From assembly GCA_019118605.1 (NCBI GenBank), contig DWYP01000018.1, positions 1,102 to 65,101 of the forward strand: a stretch of 64,000 nucleotides of DNA, in the 5' to 3' direction. Under the pieces are notes generated by a model that saw nothing but the letters and a program-made list of their open reading frames with translations, did no database searches and was not told the DNA's origin. Every line of letters begins with the position of its first letter. Within the stretch, counting starts at the first letter, position 1. A program made the translations under genes and the position numbers. Of this stretch, positions 35,448-43,651 are shown in pieces. The DNA is from Candidatus Alistipes faecavium. GTDB taxonomy: Bacteria > Bacteroidota > Bacteroidia > Bacteroidales > Rikenellaceae.

Positions 35448-35503
35448 TCAGAAACCTCCAGCCTTGCGGATTTCCGCTGCGGCCTGCGGCTCCGAATGGG
35501 GCG

Positions 35504-36064
35504 TCAGATGAAGAAGAGAAGCAGGATCTGGATAACCTTTTTCAGCTCGTTGACGGCCATGCGGATGTGGTACTCCACGCTCTTCTGCGAGATGCCCAGC
35601 TTGCGGGCGATCTCCTGCTGGGGGATTCCGTCGTAACGGTTCATGCGGAAGATCTTCCGGCGCTGTGCGGGCATCTTCTCGACGGCCAGGTCGATGATCA
35701 GCAGCAGGTCGCGTCGGTCGACCTTTTCGGCAAGGTCTTCCGAGAGGAACTCTCCGACGTCCATCTGCCGGGAGCTCTCCCGGTAGCGGGAGCGCACGGC
35801 CTTGCGCTCGAAAAGGTCGAAGAGCGCATTCTTTGTCATGCGGAAGAGGTAGCTCTTGAACGAGCGCACACCGTCGAGCGAATCCCTGCTTTCCCAGAGT
35901 TTCAGAAACAGGTCATGGGCGAGGTCTTCGGCTTCGCTCCGGTCCTTGAGCATACAGTACGCAAAGGCCTCCACATGCGCTGCGTAGCGCATGTAGATCG
36001 CATCGAAAGCGTTGCTGTCGCCTTGTTTCAGCTGTTGAAGTAACTCTTCGTCTGTAGGACGCAT
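35504..36064 (-). CDS. ECF-type RNA polymerase sigma-70 factor
   Basis: 186 aa starting MRPTDEELLQQLKQGDSNAFDAIYMRY...DLAHDLFLKLW (region 2), with IPQQEIARKLGISQKSVEYH (region 4 HTH). ATG confirmed at 36064. The track ORF is extended to 36169. Confidence 0.9.
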   Translation of the reverse strand: MRPTDEELLQQLKQGDSNAFDAIYMRYAAHVEAFAYCMLKDRSEAEDLAHDLFLKLWESRDSLDGVRSFKSYLFRMTKNALFDLFERKAVRSRYRESSRQMDVGEFLSEDLAEKVDRRDLLLIIDLAVEKMPAQRRKIFRMNRYDGIPQQEIARKLGISQKSVEYHIRMAVNELKKVIQILLLFFI

Positions 36065-36267
36065 GACCGGTTGAATCAAACGTGTGGATATGATTCTGAT
36101 CCTTCGGCCCGGGCGCCGATCCCGACGGGACTGGGCGTTTGGGGGCCGGTTTGCAGTCGGACGCGGCAAAACTAAATATATTTTTTTGTTTCTGCAACAT
36201 CCTCCCGGATTCCGGGGCGGCTGACGTGATTTATAACGGAAATGTCATGCGTTTCGTGTGAAATACG

Positions 36268-36275
36268 TATATTTG
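36268..36275 (+). promoter_or_regulatory. TAnnTTTG box (TATATTTG) ending 4 nt before the GT4 start codon
   Basis: Exact consensus match. The spacing would put the transcription start at or next to the ATG at 36280. Confidence 0.3.
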
Positions 36276-36279
36276 TCCT

Positions 36280-37419
36280 ATGAAAATTACCATCCTGGGA
36301 CCTGCACATCCCTATCGTGGCGGGCTGGCGTCGATCATGGAGATCATGGCCCGCACCTTCGCACGGCGCGGCGACGAGGTGCGGATCCGGACTTTCACGC
36401 TGCAATACCCCTCGCTGCTGTTCCCCGGCGAGAGCCAGACGGTGACGACCCCTCCGCCCGCCGACCTGCATATCACGCGCTGCGTCAACACGATGAATCC
36501 GTTCAACTGGTGGCGGGTCGGGCGTGCGATCCGCCGCGAGCGTCCCGATTTCGTGCTGCTGAAATACTGGACGCCCTTCATGGCGCCCTGCTTCGGCACC
36601 ATCGCACGCCTCGCGCGCCGCAACGGCCATACGAAGATCCTCTGCCAGATCGACAACGTCGAACCCCACGAACACCACCTCACCGACCGCCTCTTCAACC
36701 GCTACTTCCTGCGCGCGGTCGACGGGTTCGTCTACATGTCCGAGCAGGTGCACCGCGAGCTGGAGGCCTATACCGCGGTCCCGGCGCTCTTCTCGCCCCA
36801 TCCGCTCTTCGAGAACTTCGGCGAGCGGCTCGAACGTTCGGAGGCGTGCGTGCGCCTGGGTCTCGACCCCTCGCTCCGCTACGTGCTCTTCTTCGGGCTC
36901 GTGCGCGACTACAAGGGCCTCGACCTGCTGCTCGCGGCCTGGGCCCGGCTCCGCCGCGACGGGCAGACCGAAGGGCGGCGGCTGATCGTCGCCGGGGAGT
37001 TCTACACCTCGAAGGAGCCCTACCTGCAGCAGATCGCCCGCGAGGGGCTGCAGGACGAGGTGCTGCTGCACGACCGGTTCATTCCCGACGCCGAGGTGCG
37101 CTGCTACTTCTCGGCGGCCGATTTCGTCGTCCAGCCCTACAAGACCGCCACGCAGAGCGGCGTGACGCAGATCGCCTACCAGTTCTGCCTGCCGATGGTC
37201 GTCACACGCGTCGGGGGCCTCCCCGAGATCGTTCCCGACGGCCGCGTGGGGTATGTCTGCGAACCCTCGCCCGAGGGGGTTGCCGGGGCCATCGTCCGCA
37301 TGTGGGAGGGCGACACGCTCGAGCGTTTCCGCGAGAACTGCGTCGAGGAGCGGCGGCGTTTCTCGTGGGAGGAGATGTGCAGCCGCATTACGGAACTCTA
37401 CCGTCTGCTGGCGAAGTGA
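36280..37419 (+). CDS. family 4 (GT-B) glycosyltransferase
   Basis: 379 aa starting MKITILGPAHPYRGGLAS. The C-terminal half carries the GT4 E-x7-E-like region (ATQSGVTQIAYQFCLPMVVTRVGGLPEIV). Confidence 0.88.
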   Translation: MKITILGPAHPYRGGLASIMEIMARTFARRGDEVRIRTFTLQYPSLLFPGESQTVTTPPPADLHITRCVNTMNPFNWWRVGRAIRRERPDFVLLKYWTPFMAPCFGTIARLARRNGHTKILCQIDNVEPHEHHLTDRLFNRYFLRAVDGFVYMSEQVHRELEAYTAVPALFSPHPLFENFGERLERSEACVRLGLDPSLRYVLFFGLVRDYKGLDLLLAAWARLRRDGQTEGRRLIVAGEFYTSKEPYLQQIAREGLQDEVLLHDRFIPDAEVRCYFSAADFVVQPYKTATQSGVTQIAYQFCLPMVVTRVGGLPEIVPDGRVGYVCEPSPEGVAGAIVRMWEGDTLERFRENCVEERRRFSWEEMCSRITELYRLLAK

Positions 37420-37518
37420 CCGCCCGTGCGGCATCCGATGCCGGGGCTGCCTCAAAGACGAGGGCCTGCCGTAAGAGAATGCGGCAGGCCCTCGTTGTTT
37501 CCGGATGCAGGCCCGGAG

Positions 37519-38889
37519 CTATTTCCTGATGTTCGGAAGCTCGAGACCGTATCCCTTTCTGCGATCCTCGATCTTGAGGTAGAAGCTGAAGATGAAGGCC
37601 AGGATGCCGAACGTCGAGAAGATAATCATCGGGGCCGTATATCCGCCCGTGGCGTCGAGCACCAGTCCGATGAGCAGCGGCACGAGGCAGAGCCCGACGT
37701 TCTGGATCCAGAAGATCAGGCAGTAGGCCGATCCGAGGATCTTCGCGTCGATGATCTTCGGCACCGAGGGCCACAGGGCCGCGGGGACGAGCGAGAACGA
37801 CACGCCGAGCGTCACGACGAGCAGCAGGGCGAGCCATTTCGACGGGAAGGCCGGCAGCAGGAAGGCGAAACTCAGGTGGCAGACGATCATGATTACGGCG
37901 CCGACCATGAGCATCGTGGCGCCCTTGCCGCGGAAGTCGAGCATCGCTCCGAGCAGCGGGGTGAGGAGCATGGCCAGGATGGGGAAGCAGCTGAAGAGCC
38001 GCGAGGCCGCCTCGGCGTCGATCTGGAGCGTCACCTCGAGGAAGTTGGGCGCATAGCGCTGGAAGGGGAAGATCGCCGAGTAGTAGAGCACGCAAAGCAG
38101 CGCCACGAGCCAGAACATCTTGCTGCGGAAGATCAGCCCGAGGTCGCGGACGTGGAACTCCTCGTCGGAGGATTTCTGTTCCTTCATCTCACCGGCGGCG
38201 ATCAGCTGCCGGTCGAGCTTGCGGTCCATGTATACGAAGACGGTGTAGCAGAGCAGTCCGATGACGAGCAGCGCGGTGCAGAAGGCCACGGGGGCCACGA
38301 TCGACTTGTCGTAGTGGTTCGAGATCATCGGCGCGAGCCACATCACGGCGAAGACGCCCAGGCGCGCAATGGCCATCTCGAGACCCATTGCGAGTGCCAT
38401 CTCCTTGCCTTCGAACCACTTGGCGATGGCTTTCGAGACGGTCGTCCCGGCCATTTCGCATCCGCAGCCGAAGATCATGAAACCCAGCGAGGCCATCTTG
38501 GCGCTTCCGGGGAACGCCACCCACCAGCTGTTGAGCCAGGCGCAGAACTCCGTGGTCTGGAACCAGTCGGAGATCCCGACGAACTTGATCGTCGCGCCGA
38601 TGACCATCAGCGAGGCCGAGAGCAGGCCCGTGAAGCGGATTCCCATCTTGTCGAGGATGATGCCCGCGAAGATCAGGAAAAAGAAGAAGACGTTGAGGAA
38701 GTACTCCGAGGAGGCGTAGGTTCCGAACGTTGCGCTGTCCCAGCCCCGGGCCGATTCGATGAGCGACTTGAGCGGAGACATCACGTCGACGAACATGTAG
38801 CCGAAGAACATCATCAGGGCGATGAGCACCAGAGCCGTCCACCGGGCTACCGGGGAGTCGTTGAGTTTGCGTTGGATAGTTGCTGCCAT
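37519..38889 (-). CDS. MFS transporter
   Basis: 456 aa with about 12 hydrophobic helices and a central loop rich in charged residues (DRKLDRQLIAAGEMKEQKSSDEEF). Confidence 0.86.
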   Translation of the reverse strand: MAATIQRKLNDSPVARWTALVLIALMMFFGYMFVDVMSPLKSLIESARGWDSATFGTYASSEYFLNVFFFFLIFAGIILDKMGIRFTGLLSASLMVIGATIKFVGISDWFQTTEFCAWLNSWWVAFPGSAKMASLGFMIFGCGCEMAGTTVSKAIAKWFEGKEMALAMGLEMAIARLGVFAVMWLAPMISNHYDKSIVAPVAFCTALLVIGLLCYTVFVYMDRKLDRQLIAAGEMKEQKSSDEEFHVRDLGLIFRSKMFWLVALLCVLYYSAIFPFQRYAPNFLEVTLQIDAEAASRLFSCFPILAMLLTPLLGAMLDFRGKGATMLMVGAVIMIVCHLSFAFLLPAFPSKWLALLLVVTLGVSFSLVPAALWPSVPKIIDAKILGSAYCLIFWIQNVGLCLVPLLIGLVLDATGGYTAPMIIFSTFGILAFIFSFYLKIEDRRKGYGLELPNIRK

Positions 38890-38909
38890 AGATCGTTATG
38901 TTTGAATTG

Positions 38910-40898
38910 TTAGTTGTCGGCCGATGCGTATCGTTTGAGCATCTCGTAGGCTTCGAGGATGCCCAGCTCCCCGGCCTTCGAGAGGTCGAGGCACCCCTTG
39001 CGGGTGTCCTTCATGAAGATCTGGATCACGCCCCGGTTGTAGTATGCCTCGGCGAACGAGGGGTTCAGCTCGATGGCCTTCGAATAGTTCTCGAAGGCCT
39101 CGGGAAGGCGTCCCGAGAGCGCCTCGAGGTTGCCGCGGTTGTAGTACGCCTGCGCGAAGTCGGGGAAGAGCTTGATCGCCTTGTTCAGGTCGGCGATCGC
39201 CTCGTCGTAGTTGTACGTGCGCTTCGAATTGTTGTTCAGCCGGTTGGCGGGATCCGAGTCGATGGTGATCCGCTGGTAGGAGTTGTCGATCGAGGAGATG
39301 AAGTCGATCATCTCGGCGCGTGTCGTCGAACGGTTCAGGTAGAGGAACGGGTTCGAGGGATTCTGCTCGATGGCCGAGGTGTAGGTGCTCACCGAACTGG
39401 TGTACTGCTTGATGAGCAGCTGCGTGATGCCGCGTTCGAAGAGCAGCGTCCACGAGGCGTCGCCCGCATTGATCCGCTCGGCATACTGCCTGTCGTAGAT
39501 CACCAGCGAGTCGGCGGGAATATTGCTCTCGCGGCATGTGAGCGTGAGGGCGCGGTTGCCGATGCGCTTGAGGAAGTCCTCGACGCGCTGCAGGCGGTAG
39601 ACGCCCGATACCGGCACCGAATCCGGACGCAGGAGCGTGAACTTGAACAGCGGCAGCAGGCGCATCTCCTCGTGTCCTCCGTTGTGGCCCGTGATGCGCT
39701 CGAAGCTTCCTCCCGCGAGGTTGCTGTCGAACGACAGCAGGCGGTCGAAGTGCTGCGTCGTGTCGGCGAAGATCGAATAGGTGCTGTCGCTCAGGCGCGA
39801 GCGGTATTCGGCGATCTTCCGCTGGGCCGTTTCGCGGTCTTGCCGGGCGCCTTTGGGATCCTGGAGCAGCTCGCGCAGCCGCCCGCGGTAGATGTAGGCG
39901 TTTGCGAAGTCCGGGTAGAGCTTGATCGCCTCGGTGTAGTCGTCGACGGCCTTCTCGATCTCCCCGAGCTGTGCGTGCACCCCCGCGCGGTTGTAGTAGA
40001 CCAGCACGTTGTTCGGCGAGTAGAGCGCCACGCGGTCGTAATCCTCCAGGGCGCGGTTGTAGTCGCCGATCTGCGTGCGGAGCATCGCGCGGTTGAAGTA
40101 TGTCAGCGAGTTGGTCGAGTCGAGCTGGATCACCTTGTCGAAGTCGGCAAGGGCGAGCATCGGGCGGTTCGTCGCATTGTAGACCAGCGCGCGGTTGAAG
40201 TAGGAGAGCAGGTACGTCGAGTCGCACTCGATGGCCTTGTTGAAATCCGCCTCGGCCTCCTCGTAACGGCCCTGATCGAGGTAGAGGCCTCCGCGGCGGT
40301 TGTATCCGTTGGGGTATTCGCGGTTGGTGCGGATCGCGGTGTTGAAGTTCTCGTAGGCCCGGACGGTATCCTTGAGGTGGAGGTAGCTCAGACCCCGGCA
40401 GATAAAGGCGTCGGCGACCTTGTTCTCCTGGCGGATGAACTTGTCGAAGTCCTCGATGGCCTCCTTGAACTGCTGGTTCAGCAGGCGCGTGACGCCCCGG
40501 CTGTAGTAGGGCCCGGGGAGGTCGGGCCGCAGCTCGATGGCCTCGCGGAAGTCGTGCAGGGCGTCGTCGTAGTTGCCCAGGCGCGAGCGCGTGATGGCGC
40601 GGTAGGTGTAGGCCTGCGTGTAGACGGGATTCAGGCGGATGGCCGTGGAGAAATCCTCCTCGGCGCCGAGCAGGTCGTCGAGGTTGTATTTGGCGATGCC
40701 GCGCAGGAAATACCCTTCATAGGCCTCGTCGTCGACGCGCAGCAGGGTGTTCAGCGTGCGGATGGCCGCCTGGTAGTCGTTGTTCATCATGCACGAACGC
40801 CCCATCCAGAAAAAATATTCCCGGTTGTACTGCGCCCGCGAGGGGAGTACGCAGCACAGCATGAGTCCCGTGATGATGGCGATGAGGGTCTTGCGCAT
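38910..40898 (-). CDS. tetratricopeptide-repeat protein, secreted
   Basis: 662 aa with a signal peptide. Many consecutive 34-aa TPR units (A..F..AI.L.P....AY..RG pattern). Confidence 0.86.
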   Translation of the reverse strand: MRKTLIAIITGLMLCCVLPSRAQYNREYFFWMGRSCMMNNDYQAAIRTLNTLLRVDDEAYEGYFLRGIAKYNLDDLLGAEEDFSTAIRLNPVYTQAYTYRAITRSRLGNYDDALHDFREAIELRPDLPGPYYSRGVTRLLNQQFKEAIEDFDKFIRQENKVADAFICRGLSYLHLKDTVRAYENFNTAIRTNREYPNGYNRRGGLYLDQGRYEEAEADFNKAIECDSTYLLSYFNRALVYNATNRPMLALADFDKVIQLDSTNSLTYFNRAMLRTQIGDYNRALEDYDRVALYSPNNVLVYYNRAGVHAQLGEIEKAVDDYTEAIKLYPDFANAYIYRGRLRELLQDPKGARQDRETAQRKIAEYRSRLSDSTYSIFADTTQHFDRLLSFDSNLAGGSFERITGHNGGHEEMRLLPLFKFTLLRPDSVPVSGVYRLQRVEDFLKRIGNRALTLTCRESNIPADSLVIYDRQYAERINAGDASWTLLFERGITQLLIKQYTSSVSTYTSAIEQNPSNPFLYLNRSTTRAEMIDFISSIDNSYQRITIDSDPANRLNNNSKRTYNYDEAIADLNKAIKLFPDFAQAYYNRGNLEALSGRLPEAFENYSKAIELNPSFAEAYYNRGVIQIFMKDTRKGCLDLSKAGELGILEAYEMLKRYASADN

Positions 40899-40939
40899 GG
40901 CGGAGGTTTCTTTCTCTTAACGCGTTTCGGGCCGATTTA

Positions 40940-41821
40940 TTATTCCGGGTCGTAGCCGAATCGTTTCAGCTGGCGTTCGTTGTTGCGCCAGTCGTCGCTG
41001 ACCTTGACGAAGAGCTGCAGGAAGACCTTCTTTCCGAGGAACTGCTCGAGGTCTTCGCGGGCGGTCTGCCCGACGCGTTTGAGTTTTTCGCCCTTGTGTC
41101 CGATGAGGATGCCCTTCTGGGAGTCGCGCGCCACGTAGATCGTCGCGGCGATGCGGTCGATCGTCGGCTCCTCCTTGTACGCGTCGATGGCGATCTCGCA
41201 GCAGTAGGGGATCTCCTTGTCGTAGAAGCGCAGGATCTTCTCGCGGATGATCTCCGAGGCGAAGAAGCGCAGGGTCTTGTCGGTGAGGGTGTCCTTGGGG
41301 TAGAAGGCCGGGCCTTCGGGCAGCAGTTCGAGGATCGTGCGGAAGAGCCCCTCGATGTTGAACTGCTCGCGGGCCGAGACCGGCACGATACGGGCCTCGG
41401 GAAGTGTCTCGTGCCACTTCTCGACCAGGGCGTCGAGCGCCGCGGGGTTCGAGAGGTCGACCTTGTTGATGACGACGATCGTCGGGATCCTGCTGTGCCG
41501 GATGTTTCCGAGGATCTCGGCCGCGCGGTCCGTCTGTTCGACGGTGTCGGTGACGTAGAGGATCACGTCGGCATCCGTAAGGGCTCCGGTGACGAAGCGC
41601 ATCATCGACTCCTGGAGTTTGTAGGCGGGTTTCAGAATCCCCGGGGTGTCGGAGTAGACGATCTGGAAATCCTCTCCGGAGACGATTCCCATGATGCGGT
41701 GGCGGGTGGTCTGGGCCTTGGCGTTGATGATCGAGAGGCGTTCGCCGACCAGCGCGTTCATGAGCGTGGATTTCCCGACGTTGGGATTTCCGATGATGTT
41801 TACGAAGCCCGATTTGTGCAT
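40940..41821 (-). CDS. era: GTPase Era
   Basis: 293 aa. Carries GFVNIIGNPNVGKSTLMNAL (G1), DTPG (G3), NKVD (G4) and a C-terminal KH domain. ATG confirmed at 41821. Confidence 0.93.
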   Translation of the reverse strand: MHKSGFVNIIGNPNVGKSTLMNALVGERLSIINAKAQTTRHRIMGIVSGEDFQIVYSDTPGILKPAYKLQESMMRFVTGALTDADVILYVTDTVEQTDRAAEILGNIRHSRIPTIVVINKVDLSNPAALDALVEKWHETLPEARIVPVSAREQFNIEGLFRTILELLPEGPAFYPKDTLTDKTLRFFASEIIREKILRFYDKEIPYCCEIAIDAYKEEPTIDRIAATIYVARDSQKGILIGHKGEKLKRVGQTAREDLEQFLGKKVFLQLFVKVSDDWRNNERQLKRFGYDPE

Positions 41822-41849
41822 GATTTCCCGAAAATTGAGGATAACTTCG

Positions 41850-41857
41850 CAAAGATA
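41850..41857 (-). promoter_or_regulatory. candidate -7 box (TATCTTTG on the minus strand) for era
   Basis: TAnnTTTG match 29 nt upstream of the era ATG. Confidence 0.35.
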
Positions 41858-41944
41858 GGGATAAATAGCCCCTTCTGCAAACACGCAGGCGATTATTTCC
41901 GCGTGAAATGCGTCTTTCGGAGGCCGCCCTGCGCCCCGTGCGCG

Positions 41945-41978
41945 AAAAATCCCAGGATCGGCCGATCCTGGGATTTTT
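41945..41978. terminator. perfect 34-nt palindrome, bidirectional intrinsic terminator
   Basis: AAAAATCCCAGGATCGG / CCGATCCTGGGATTTTT, a GC-rich stem flanked by A5 and T5-6. Lies between ffh and the era promoter. Confidence 0.7.
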
Positions 41979-42062
41979 TCGGGGATATTTTTTTCGGGGA
42001 TTTTTTCGGGAATATTTTCCGGGGGGGGGTATTTTTCGGGATAATTTTCGGGGGTGTTTTCC
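41970..42062. repeat. seven degenerate tandem units G3-9-A/T-T4-7-C (T-tract repeat)
   Basis: Units start at 41970, 41981, 41996, 42008, 42021, 42038 and 42050, with lengths 11, 15, 12, 13, 17, 12 and 13 nt. Includes a G9 run at 42021-42029. Confidence 0.85.
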
Positions 42063-42070
42063 GGCGGGAA

Positions 42071-42128
42071 GTCCGCCCGTCCGCCGCCCGTCCGTCCGTC
42101 CGTCCGCCCGTCCGCCTCCCGCCGCCCG
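42071..42128. repeat. CCG-rich simple-sequence block with (TCCG)4 core
   Basis: (TCCG)4 at 42091-42106. It is flanked by the direct repeat GTCCGCCCGTCCGCC at 42071-42085 and 42102-42116. Lies immediately 3' of the ffh stop on the sense strand. Confidence 0.85.
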
Positions 42129-42133
42129 GAGGC

Positions 42134-43468
42134 TTACCGCCGACGCATCATGCCGCCCGGCATCTTGGGCATCTTCAGCCCGCCGCCCGCAACGGCCTTC
42201 ATCATCTTGCGCGTGTCGTCGAACTGCTTCATCAGCCGGTTCACGTCCGCCACGGTCGTGCCCGAACCCTTGGCTATGCGCTCGCGGCGCCGTGCGTTGA
42301 TGATCTCCGGGTGCTCGCGCTCCGCAGGGGTCATCGACGAGATAATCGCCTCGGTCTGCTTGAACACGTCGTCCGGAATGTCGACGTTCTTGAGCATCTT
42401 GCCCATGCCCGGGAGCATCGAGGCCAGATCCTTGATGTTCCCCATCTTCTTGATCTGCTGGATCTGCGAGATGAAGTCGTTGAAATTGAACTGGTCCTTG
42501 ACCAGCTTCTTCTTCAGCTTGCGGGCCTCCTCCTCGTCGAACTGCTCCTGCGCACGCTCCACAAGCGACACGACGTCGCCCATGCCGAGGATGCGGTCGG
42601 CCATGCGCTCCGGGTGGAACACCTGCAGGGCATCCATCTTCTCGCCGCTGGAGATGAACTTCAGGGGCTTGTTCACGACCGAACGGATCGAGATGGCCGC
42701 ACCGCCGCGGGTGTCTCCGTCGAGCTTCGTGAGCACCACGCCGTCGAAGTCGAGGCGTTCGTTGAACTCCCGGGCCGTGTTCACGGCGTCCTGTCCCGTC
42801 ATGGCGTCGACGACGAAGAGCGTTTCGGAGGGATTCACGGCCGCCTTGATCGCGGTGATCTCCTGCATCATCGCCTCGTCGACGGCCAGACGTCCGGCGG
42901 TATCGACGATCACGACGTTGTAACTCTTCTGACGGGCGTAGCGGATGGCGTTCTGGGCGATCTCCACAGGGTTGCGGTTCCCCTCCTCGGTGTAGACCTC
43001 CACGCCGACCTGCTCCCCGAGGACCTTCAGCTGGTCGATGGCCGCGGGACGGTAGACGTCACCGGCGACGAGCAGCACCTGACGTCCCTTCTTGCTCTTG
43101 AGCATCGCGGCGAGCTTCCCGGAGAAGGTGGTCTTACCCGAACCCTGGAGTCCGGCGATCAGAATCACCGCGGGGGTGCCCTCGAGACGGATGTCGGAGG
43201 CCGTGCCGCCCATGAGCTGTGCCAGCTCGTCGCGCACGATCTTGGTCATCATCTGCCCCGGCTTGACGGCCTTGAGCACATCCTGGCCCAAGGCCTTCTG
43301 CTTCACCTCGTCGGTGAACGACTTGGCGACCTTGTAGTTGACGTCGGCGTCGATCAGCGCCCGGCGGATCTCCTTGAGCGTCTCGGCGACGTTGATCTCC
43401 GTGATGCGGCCCTCGCCCTTGAGGATCTTGAACGACCGTTCGAGTTTGTCGGTCAGGTTTTCGAACAT
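42134..43468 (-). CDS. ffh: signal recognition particle protein Ffh
   Basis: 444 aa. Carries GLQGSGKTTFSGKLA, DTAGRL and TKLDGD, an M domain rich in Met, and a C-terminal GGLKMPKMPGGMMRRR. Confidence 0.95.
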   Translation of the reverse strand: MFENLTDKLERSFKILKGEGRITEINVAETLKEIRRALIDADVNYKVAKSFTDEVKQKALGQDVLKAVKPGQMMTKIVRDELAQLMGGTASDIRLEGTPAVILIAGLQGSGKTTFSGKLAAMLKSKKGRQVLLVAGDVYRPAAIDQLKVLGEQVGVEVYTEEGNRNPVEIAQNAIRYARQKSYNVVIVDTAGRLAVDEAMMQEITAIKAAVNPSETLFVVDAMTGQDAVNTAREFNERLDFDGVVLTKLDGDTRGGAAISIRSVVNKPLKFISSGEKMDALQVFHPERMADRILGMGDVVSLVERAQEQFDEEEARKLKKKLVKDQFNFNDFISQIQQIKKMGNIKDLASMLPGMGKMLKNVDIPDDVFKQTEAIISSMTPAEREHPEIINARRRERIAKGSGTTVADVNRLMKQFDDTRKMMKAVAGGGLKMPKMPGGMMRRR

Positions 43469-43501
43469 ATCTGTCTAAATTACTATCTTTTTCGTTTCGC
43501 G

Positions 43502-43509
43502 CAAAGGTA
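43502..43509 (-). promoter_or_regulatory. candidate -7 box (TACCTTTG on the minus strand) for ffh
   Basis: TAnnTTTG match 34 nt upstream of the ffh ATG. Confidence 0.35.
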
Positions 43510-43556
43510 AGAAATTATTCGATTACGCACAACCGGACGCCGATTTTTGTAATGCC

Positions 43557-43595
43557 GAAGCGGGAAGCCCGGCACATGCCGTGACTTCCCGCTTC
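43557..43595 (-). terminator. hairpin downstream of the lipocalin-like gene
   Basis: GAAGCGGGAAG (43557-43567) pairs with CTTCCCGCTTC (43585-43595), an 11-bp stem. There is no clear U-tract. Confidence 0.4.
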
Positions 43596-43651
43596 GCGGT
43601 GCGTTTCCCTCCGGGTCCCGCTTCCGGACGCGCAGGGGAGGTGTCTGCCGG

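Noticed and set aside
36172-37455. 427-aa minus-strand ORF and 423-aa plus-strand ORF (36258-37529) overlapping the GT4 gene
   Set aside because: They are alternative frames of the GT4 region with Arg/Pro/Gly-rich composition. The 36280-37419 frame has the GT4 motifs and a canonical N-terminus.
41908-42300. ORFs of 130-289 aa reading through the ffh-era repeats (FFRGYFFRGFFREYF..., PSVRPSARPPP...)
   Set aside because: The peptide periodicity only mirrors the DNA simple-sequence repeats. The ORFs overlap ffh antisense and show no coding bias.
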